From NCBI RefSeq assembly GCF_009914755.1, contig NC_060927.1: DNA of 64,000 nucleotides; one strand, given 5' to 3'. Within the stretch, counting starts at the first letter, position 1; each line of letters begins with the position of its first letter. The DNA comes from the human T2T-CHM13v2.0 reference genome, Homo sapiens. Of the stretch, positions 54,217 to 64,000 are shown piece after piece. The notes beneath the pieces are model-generated. The model did not search any database, had not been told where the DNA came from, and worked only from the letters and a program-made list of their open reading frames with translations. The position numbers and the translations under genes are program-made.

Positions 54217-54649
54217 TGAGAAGTGAAGCCAGCTGGGCTCCTGGGTCGGGTGGGAACTTGGAGAACATTTCTGTCTTGCTAAAGGATTATAAATGCACCA
54301 ATCAGCACTCTGCATCTAGCTAAAGGTTTGTAAATGCACCAATCAGCTCTCTGTCAAAAGGGACCAATCAGCACTCTGTAAAACGGACCAATCAGCACTC
54401 TGTAAAATGAACCAATCAGCAGGATGTGGGTGGGGCCAAATAAGGGAATAAAAGCTGGCCGCTGGCACCAGCAGCGGCAAGCCACTCAGGTCCTCTTCCA
54501 CTGTGGAAGCTTTGTCATTTCGCTCTTCAGCTCTTCGCAGTAAATCTTGCTGTGGCTTGCTCTTTGGGTCTGTGCAGCTTTTATGGGCTGTAACACTCAC
54601 CGCAAGGTCTGCAGCTTCACTCTGAAGCCAGAGAGACCGTGAACACCAG
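54217..54649 (+). mobile_element. LTR12-family (HERV9) LTR, 3'-truncated
   Basis: Start TGAGAAGTGAAGCCAGCTGG; five CCAATCAGC boxes at 54298, 54339, 54364, 54388 and 54412; AATAAAA TATA-equivalent at 54447. Confidence 0.9.
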
Positions 54650-54785
54650 GTGTTCTCCCTTCCTTCTTGCCTGTTAAACTCTCCGCTCCTTAAAACCACT
54701 CCACCTGTGTCCATGTCCTTTTATCTAAATTGGCATGAGGACCAAGAACCCTGGTGTTCCTCCACTCATTAGAGCCATATCATTT

Positions 54786-54803
54786 TGGTGCACTGGCCAG
54801 GAA
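54786..54803 (+). other. Primer-binding site, tRNA-Gly type
   Basis: TGGTGCACTGGCCAGGAA against TGGTGCATTGGCCGGGAA, the complement of the tRNA-Gly(GCC) 3' end from recall (16/18). Confidence 0.75.
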
Positions 54804-54840
54804 TGGAAATTCAATCATCAGACTGGTGAGTTTGGAGTAG

Positions 54841-55276
<436 letters not shown>

Positions 55277-57067
55277 TAACTCAATAGCTCGCTCTCTCTA
55301 AGGTTTCTCTGGCAAGCACATGGTATTGCTAAGCCACCTAGTAGAAATCAGGCTCTAGACCTCTTCTAGGAACAGGAAGTTTCTGCTTTTAACAGTCATG
55401 AATAAGATGTCTTCCATAGCCAAATTTTAGTCTCGATATTGCCCCACTGGCAGAAAAACGGCCGTTCGGGTTCCTACGTTCCTTTAAGGCGTTGATTTTG
55501 TCTTCTATTAAGACAGTACTTAATTAATAAGGGGCTTTTTAAGTCCAGAAGTTAACCAGAACCATTTTTTTTATGGGTAAATGCTTTAGCATGGGCTATA
55601 ATCGCAGGATATGGAGTTCAATCTAGCACACCTGCCCCCTTTAACAGCCTTGCCCAATTACAGGGTTTTTCTTGAAATCCATTTTTCAGAGGGCACACAG
55701 GCCACACAAGTCTAGGAGGTAAAGGGAAATAAAAAGTAGAGGACTGATTGATTGGGGACAGCGTGACTATGGCCCAAAAGTCAGTTCCTCTGGTGCCATG
55801 GCTTGGAGGGTCATGCCTGCAGTCATGGCTGGCACATTTAAATGGGTGCAGGGGGAATCCAGGAACGATGGAGAGAAAATAGTTGTGGGGACACCGTCTA
55901 CTGTTTTCATCTCCATCCTGGATCACATACCGAAAGGAAAGAGACTAAAAGGACGCTTTTATTCTCACTTCCCTTTCTAGATGGGTAACAGATCATCTTC
56001 AACATGCACTCCCCTGGAGTGTATTTTGAAGCACTGGGACTCCTTCAACCTTGAAACTTGGAATAAAAAGTGGCTTATTTTCTTTTGCAGCCATATCAGG
56101 CAGGCCTAGGGAAAATAGTTCCCCAAAATTAAAAAAAGTAACTTCCAGGGAAGTCATCTGAGGGTCCTCTTATTTGGGGCCCCTTTTCAAGTTTCCTTCT
56201 CGTTGCGGGACCTTAGGCAAGTAAAGGGAAACTGAGGCTGATTTTCTAACAACGCTGATAGGCATATAGAACCTTTCCAACATTTAGCTCAGGTATGTGA
56301 CCTCACATGGAGGGATGTTATGTTGCTGCTGAGTCAAACAAACCTTCACTGCAGCTAAAACAGGCAGCTCTGCAAGCAGAAGAAAATTTTGGAGATGAGC
56401 AATATGTCTCCTATAGTGTAGGCCAGAAGGGAAAAGAGAAAATAGGGAAGGCAAAGAAATAGGGGAAACCACATTCCTAAAAGGAAGAGAGGTATTACCT
56501 CTTAACAACCCTAATTGGAACTCCTTTCAATGGTGTTTTCCTTCTTTTGTGGTTTAAAATGGCTTCTATCTCTTTTGTAATGTACTTCCAACCTGGGAAA
56601 AGTTAATTTTCCAAATCTTGAAATGCTTGGTATAGAGTTGAGCTAGGGGGAAGGGAACCCAGAAGCCTAATAGGCCGGCAAAAGGGTAAATATTTCTTAC
56701 CATTTGGGCTTTTGGCTTCTCTCTCCCTGTGCAAACCGGTAAAAGGGATAATAAGGATCACCGTTTATGTTCTCTGTAAATGTATAATTAATGAAAAAGA
56801 ACTTGTTGGTCTTAAGCTGTAGACAATCTTGGGTGCTTTGCACATCTTTCTCTATGGTTCTGTCAAAGAAAGGGTATCTTAGGTTAGGATGCAGGCCCAG
56901 GACCCCAAAAGCCTGCTGTTCAAGCCAGCCCAACAAAACGGTTAGTAACAAAATTGGCTACAGGCCTCCATCTCGTTTCATGTCCTTGGGAACATAATCT
57001 GTAACTGCATGGCAATACTTTGTTTTAGTCTCTGCTATTTTACAATAGTGGCTGTCTTCTGGTGCTA

Positions 57068-57571
57068 AATCAGATAAGCCAGTTTGTCAATCTGGGTGGT
57101 GCCAACTGATCATCAAGGGCATGGTTTACAAAATATCTTAAGCACCAATCTTGAGAGCAGTTTAGGGAGGGTCAAAATCTTGTAACCTCCAGCTGCATGG
57201 CTCCTGGGCCATGGTTTCTAATCCTGTGGCTAGTTTCTTGGTCTGGTCCCCAGGCAAGAGGGAAGTTATCTTGGGAAGCAGCTGTTTTCATCTTTGTTTT
57301 AGACTGTAGACTGTAAACCAGGCTCCTCCCAAAGTTGGTTCAGCCTCCGCCCAGGGATGCGCAAGGACAGCTTGGGGGCTGGAAACAATGTAGTTCTTCC
57401 GGTTAAATCTCTGGCTTCTCTCTCCCTGCGCGAACTGGTAAAAGGGATAATAAGGATCAGCGTTTATGTTCTCTGTAAATGTATAATTAATGAAAAAGAA
57501 CTTGTTGGTCTTAAGCTGTAGATAATATTGGGTGCTTCTTGCAATGTCACAATTTTGCAGCTACCATTTCA
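57068..57571 (-). mobile_element. LTR8-like fragment, inverted within the ERV internal region
   Basis: Reverse complement matches the recalled LTR8 5' half (GCAAAATT..CCAAGCTGTCCTTG..AACTTTGGGAGG..CCCTCCCTAAACTGCTC..GGCACCACCCAGAT). Confidence 0.75.
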
Positions 57572-60500
57572 AAAGCTGCCTGTCACTCCTTTAAAAATAC
57601 TTTGCACACTAGTGGTTAAGTCATAACCTAATTAAGCCTCTTTGGTTTCACCTGTGAGGTTATTTGTTGTAAGGTTCAAAAGCCGAAAGTCTTAACTGCT
57701 TGATGTGGCTAAAGTAACAAGGGATTTAAAAAGATTTTCTTAAACAGCGCTTAGTTTAATTAAAAATGGATATTCAAGTTACAGGTGTATTTAAAAGACC
57801 TTTATGCTTTTCTCTTCTCGAATCTTGTTTTTCTGGATAAAGGCTCTTTTCTTCTCAGTCAACTGAATTATTTTTCTCCATTTTTTGTCTTACCACTCTT
57901 GATGCATGCCTTAAAGGCCCTAAGATAACTTCGGGTAGCATGTAATGCCTGGGGAAAAAAACAGAGGAGGTGCCACAGACCCTGTTTTGGGGAAAAAACT
58001 CTCTTTTCCTCATGAAACTCCAAGAATTGAAAGCAGATAGATCCCTCTCAAAATCAAAACCTCTGCTCTGTTTTGCATTGTGTTATGTAACGGTTTTAAG
58101 TTTTGGGGGTATCAGAAATTACTTCACGTTATAAGAGAGTTTTGGTGTGTAACAACTAGGTAGGAAATATACTTTAAGGAATGGCTAATAGTAGTTATAA
58201 ATCAGAGAAGCGTGTTCTTGGCCACCTGGAAGATAAACAAACATCCCCACCTCCCAGTGGGAGATGAGACGCCCATCAGGGATGGGCTAATTACAAAATG
58301 AGCCAATTGACTTTGGGTTGCCTTGTAATAATTTGCATCACAGAAACACTCCACCTTCTTCTCCCATAGCATCTAGATGGTCTTTTCATAAATTGAAAGC
58401 GTAGCAAGGAGGTCTTAAGACATTAATTTTCCCTTTAGTAAAAGGGTTATAAAAGGTTAGTAAAAATTTCACCTTATGGTCAAATTGGCTAAAATGAAAT
58501 GATCTATAAGGTTTCATTTAAACATTGGGATTAACATTAATAAACTAATGCAAGGGTAAAATTTGGCTTTGAACAGGATTTTTATGTCATAGTCAAGGTT
58601 AATAAAAGGTTTTTGCCTTTTGAGTCATCATTTTGGCAAAATAATTTATGACAGTCTGGAAATTGTCCTTCCTAAGGCCTGGCTTTTTGAATGGTTCAGA
58701 GGGCCCCCTGAAACATTCAGAAAAGAGGTATACAGGATTATTTGACAATTTTAGTTACGTGAGATTGCCAAAATGATGTCCGATCTTCTTTAAGTTACAT
58801 TTTGGTGAATAATACTAATACATGTTCAAAAATTGTATGGGATTTCTAAAATTCTAATGTCTAAGTATAAGCTATCAATCCTAATTAAGGGTAAAGTTAT
58901 TGTAAACCCTGAAGATAAATAAACTTGTCAGTTGTATTTTTAACTGTAGCTATCCTGGAAATTTTGTCATTCACAGACAGTTGTTATCTTGCTTTTTTCC
59001 TTCTCAAAAAACAGTTTATAATCAAGTTATGTTAAGGACTTTAACAGGTGTTCTCAAATGCAGGTTTCTAATAGCTTTAAAATTTGTGACATTGGAATAG
59101 AAAAAGAATGTATGGGACTCATAATGAACTGAAATGTTCACAAATATCAAGCAAAACAAGAGTTAACTAAGTGAACTGCACTCAGAAATTTTGAGCAATC
59201 TTTTTAATTTTTGCTTGGAATATTGCTGATCCTTGTTTTATTCTTCAGAGTCAAGGAAACTTATTTTAAACTATTTACAGTCTTTAATAATTGATAAGAT
59301 ATAGTCCTGTGGACAAAATTCAGTGCATGTTTATTTTTCTCTGCCTGATTCCTCTAAAATTTGAAGACTACTTGTAAGTACTCTTAACTTATGGTAATAT
59401 AGTTGTTTGCATCAGTGCAATAAGAATCCATTTTTCTTTGTCAACAGGATACAATTTAAAAAACTGGTTATTTTACCAAGGCTTTAACTGAAATGGTGTG
59501 TTTCCCTTTAAGGAATCAAGCTTGACATGGCAGAGCCAATAAAAGCCCTTTGGGGAAAACTGGCCTCATACCTTGTCTACACAGTCCCCACACAGGGTTC
59601 CTAACCTGTGATTAGTAAAAAAAATCACTTTCTAACAGGTCTGGAAGCTCCGAGTTTATCTTGGGACCTCAAGAGGAGAGGATCACCCAACTCACAGTAT
59701 CTGAGGATACAAACCCATGGCTGGGCTTGGCTTTAAAACTCTTACCTGAAATTTCTTGTGGAACAGACTTTCATCAAACCCAATCCAAAAGGCCTATGTA
59801 GAAATAACCATGCTTGCTCAACTTTATGCAAATAATCAAGCCAAGTACAGGACTAAGGTTTATTCATAAATTGTTTTTACCAAAAATGAGAACTGGAGAG
59901 AAAAATCATGCTCCAAAGCTTATCATACATTTGTCATTAAATACTAGTCAAATTGTTTTTAAGCTTTTTGCCTACATTTTAGACTAACCCTGCTTATTCC
60001 TGTGAATCAAGCAGTAATCTTCTGCAGCTTGGAAAAAAGAAAAAGGGATGGGTAACATAAAAATGTGAATAAATATGCTAGTTCTGGGCAATTATCTTGC
60101 AAATTCTGCCAGGTAATGAAAGTGAATAGGGTGCCCATAACCCAAAGATTTCTTTGTTTGGGAAAATAAAACCAAGAAAGTTCATAGACATCCCCAAAGG
60201 AAAATTCTGTATCTTAGCAAGTAAAATTTTAAATGGAAATTATCTACTACACCACACTTGTGAAAATTACTATACTCACTGTACTATTTGCAATAGGGTA
60301 CTATTTGCAATAGGGTAGCACCTTCTAACTAAAATACTGTACAAAGAGTTTCCATTGCTCTCGTATTTTGCTTAGTTATTATCCTTATAACTGGGATAAT
60401 AGTTACTGACAAAAAGGAAGCATAAAAGCATTACTATCACTAAGTCTGCTAGGACTTTTTATTGGGTTTAGTAATGCACTTTTAAGTGAAACATGGTGCT

Positions 60501-61360
60501 TTTGGATTAACACCTCTAGTAAAGGAAAATCTACAAAGGAAAAGCTAAAAAATCTTAACAATGAAATCAAAATTATTCACAGGCTCAGGGAAAATGCCGG
60601 CTTCCGCCCCTCTTTGATGAATTCCAGTCTTTATGGAATTGGTTAACCCCTTTATTAAGCCCTCTATTGTTTATATGTCTTGTATTAATATTTGGACCCT
60701 GTATACTCAACACTATTAACTCAAATCGTTTCTTCTTGCCTAGAAGCAATCAAACTCCAAATGGTGCTGCCAACTGAACCACAAATGGACATACCATTCT
60801 TCTGAGGACCCTTAGATTGAGGAGCTCTAGCTGGTGTTCCCCATTCAACGTCCCTTTTCAGCAGGAAGTAGCTAGAAAGAGTCATTGTCCAAGCCCCCAT
60901 AACAGCAGTTAGTGTGATATCTCCACAGATGGGAATGTGATAAGAGTTATTAAGAAATTATTTTAGGCAGATAGAGAGGAAAAGGGATCCTGGGAAAGTT
61001 TTCATTTTTTTAAACGTCTCTGGAAAAGTTTCCTGTAAAGCCCCAGCTCTTAGAGCCAGGCTGGCAACCTTAAATATACAATAATAAATATACAAATGCC
61101 AGCCATTAGAAAGTAGTTCCACCCAGCATGGCGATTCCCGCAGCCTTCTTGCCCTTGCCCCACATGTTCCTGGCAACATGGCAGCCCCCACTTATCCCTA
61201 CGTGTGTGGAACATCATGGTGCCCTGTATTTGCATATTAAAAGGCTAGGGTGGGAGGGCCAGCTTTTTCGCAAGCTACGTGAATTTCATGCCTAGTCAAA
61301 CCAATCCCCTTGCCCTATGCAAAACTGACACCGTGTCCTCCAGCCTCCTCCTCTGTATAA

Positions 61361-61817
61361 TGTTGAAAGAAGTTCCACTATGAGTAAAATGCCATCAAAC
61401 AGCATTGCATGCTTCAGAGAACTCTTTAATGATAGGAAGAGTCAAACATTGAGGAAAACTTCATTTTCGTTTTATTTTAAAAAATTGACACAGCTACCTA
61501 AACCTTCAACAACCATCACCCTGATTAGTCGGTGGCCATTAACATTGAGGCAAGACCACTTCTACCAGCAAAAAGATTGTGATTCACTTAAGGTTCAGAT
61601 GATCATTAGAAATTTTTAGCAATAAAATATATTTAATTACAATATGTACTGCTATTTTAGACACAATGTTATTACACACTTAAAAACCTACAGTATAGTG
61701 TAAACATTACCTTTATGTGATGTGAGAAACCAACAAATTCACAACTCACTTTGTTGCAATATTCACTATATTATGGGGGTCTGCAAGTGAACCTGCAATA
61801 TCTCTGAGGTATTCCTG
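61361..61817 (+). mobile_element. Tigger1 3' fragment
   Basis: ttgaaagaagttccactatgagtaaaatgccatcaaacagc...gcaatatctctgaggtattcctg terminal inverted repeat. Confidence 0.85.
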
Positions 61818-61829
61818 TTATATTTTTTG

Positions 61830-64000
61830 CTAATATGTAGGTTGCTTATTCGTTTTTTATTGTGATATTTTGATAAACAGAAGGCTGAATTTAAATACAA
61901 TCTAACATCACTTTTTTTCTCTTTTATGACTAACAACTTCTAGGTCTTGTCTATGAAAGTTTGCCTATGCTGGGTCAGAGCTTCTTCTGGAAGCTTTTAT
62001 TCTTAGTTTGTTTTTAGGTTTAGTTCTATTATCCATCTTGGAGAAATGTTTGTGTGTGGCATAAAGGCAAGGTCAAGGCTTGCTTTTCCCTCAGTTCATG
62101 TCTAGTAGTTTCAGCATCACTTGTTATAAAGATTGTTCCTTCTTCATTGAATCGTTTTGGTGTTTTAACTGAAAATCAGTTGACTGTGTTAAGTGTGGGT
62201 CTGCCTATTTCTCTGCTCACTATTCTATTCTGTTGATCAATTTGTCTATCTTTACGCTAAGGCCATACTGTCTTGACTACTCTAGCTTTATATATACTGA
62301 ATCTTGATATTAGGTTGTGTAAGTTCTCCAATCTTGTTCTTTTTCAGACTTATTTTTTCTGCTCTAAGTTTTGCATTTTCATATACATTTTAGAATCACC
62401 TTGTCAATGACAATTTAAAGGCCTGCTGCTGTGATGATTGAGATTGTGTGGAATATATGAATGAATTTAGTGAGAACTACATCTTAATAAGATTGAATTT
62501 TCCCGACCATGATTGTGGTACAGCTTATATTAAAATTCAGGTCTTCTAAAATTTGCTGAGTCTTGAATATTTTATGTTAAATTTTTCCCTAATCTTTTTA
62601 TTTTTTTTTGATTTGGTGCTATTGTAAATGGAATGGCTTTCTTTAAAATTGTAATTTTAACTGCATGTGACTATAATATAGAAGTATAATAGATTATAGT
62701 AAATTGATTTTGTATCTTTCAACCTTGCTAAACTCATTTATCAGATTTAATAATTACTTTGTAAAATACATGGCCTGCATTTTTTAATAGCAACCACGTT
62801 GTCTGTGAATAGTTTTTTCTTTTCAATCTTTCTAACTTATTTTTCTTGCTTTATCACACTAATAAGAAACTTCAGTACACTAATGAATGAATTAGTGAAG
62901 GTAAACAGTCTTGCTTTATTTCTAATGTTGGAGAGAATAGGATGGTCATTTGATATTTTTCCAATAAGTATATTTGGCAGGTTAGGAATACCACAAGTGT
63001 ATGTGCAAATGTTCATACACATTTATGTACACACACACACACACACACACACACCCCCTTATAGGACGAAGTTATGTTTACTTCATAGTTTACTGAGAGC
63101 TTATATTATGAATGGATGTTGAACATTATCAAATGCTTTTTTTCACTTATTGAGAAAAAACAATATGGATTTTATTCTGTATTCAGTTAATATGGCGAAT
63201 CATATAAATTGATTTTCAAATGTTAAACAAATCTTATGAGGAAAACTAACTTAGTTATGTATTATATAACACATAATAATACTATATTATGTTATATTAT
63301 ATGGCATATATTATATATTATACATGAAGATATATATACAAACAATATATATAAAATAATATTTAATATATAAAGAATAAATATTTGAAATTCAGAATAT
63401 ATATCTCAGATATAAAATATATATCTTATTTTGTTTATATCTTGAAAATATTTTATACTATATCTAATGTATATTATAAAAATATATAATACATAAAGAT
63501 ATATATAACGTGTGATATATATCTGAATTATATATTCTTTTATTATGTGTGTGTACTATATTAAATACATATTTATATTATATATATAAATATTTCTTAC
63601 GATAAACCATTGGAAACAATATGGGCCTAAGCATTTTGTGCGTGAAAAATTTTGATAAATAAATTCAACATATTTAATAATTTAATGGTTTGTAGATTTT
63701 CTATTTCATTTTCTGCTACTTTTGCTGAATTGCATTACTAAGGAATTTGGCCAATTAATCGAAGTTATTAAAGTTGTTGGCATAAAGCTACTTTTATATT
63801 GAATTATTAGAATTTTAGTGTCTTAGGATCTGTGTTGATAGCCCCTCTTTTAATTCTGATATTGTTAATTTGTGTGTTCTTTTTTATAGTTTAATTCTTC
63901 TGTGGGTTTATAATATTATTCTTTGCAATAAGCAATTATTCCTTTACTAATTCCTTCTATTTTTATACAATTTATTGGTGTTCTTGTCTTTGTTCTTTCT
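61830..64000 (-). mobile_element. Old L1M fragment with a (CA)n tract (about 63029) and a TA-rich island (63255-63595)
   Basis: T-rich antisense L1 ORF2 motifs (gtgctattgtaaatggaat, cttgctaaactcattta, tgaatggatgttgaa). Confidence 0.8.

Noticed and set aside
54297-54420. Regularly spaced ACCAATCAGCACTCTG repeats resembling a CRISPR-like array
   Set aside because: Normal LTR12 U3 tandem CCAAT repeats; spacers are not unique and the context is eukaryotic
60281-60317. 17-bp tandem duplication GTACTATTTGCAATAGG (also 10-bp TACTATGAAC x2 at 31431)
   Set aside because: Ordinary slippage duplications in neutral sequence

Overview
Human (primate) genomic DNA: the 3' half of IL1RAP (IL-1 receptor accessory protein, + strand; recognised from the protein sequence, normally chr3q28), then about 30 kb of repeat-rich downstream sequence. 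Exons 8-11 and both alternative terminal TIR exons (12 for mIL-1RAcP, 12b for neuronal AcPb) can be placed to the base. So can the intron-9 read-through end of soluble IL-1RAcP and the exon-9-skipped frameshift isoform. The introns carry a GCNT1 retrocopy, a 7SK retrocopy, a long antisense L1 block and several Alus. Downstream lies a rearranged ERV1 provirus with an LTR12 promoter fused onto it. I found no new gene system. The best leads are hypotheses, not established results. (1) A candidate cis-code for the neuron-specific exon 12 to 12b switch: a dense YCAY cluster around the exon-12 poly(A) site, five UGCAUG in intron 11 and (UG)24 before exon 12b. (2) A perfect ERE apparently created by a double template-switch inside an L2. 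(3) An Alu arrangement that could allow an AcPb-specific, stop-free exon 10-11 circRNA whose junction creates an ATG. (4) An LTR12-driven splice donor/acceptor pair leading to a 42-aa Gag-derived ORF. Repeat family names and exon numbers come from my recall of consensus sequences and annotation, not from a search; boundaries of old repeats are approximate.
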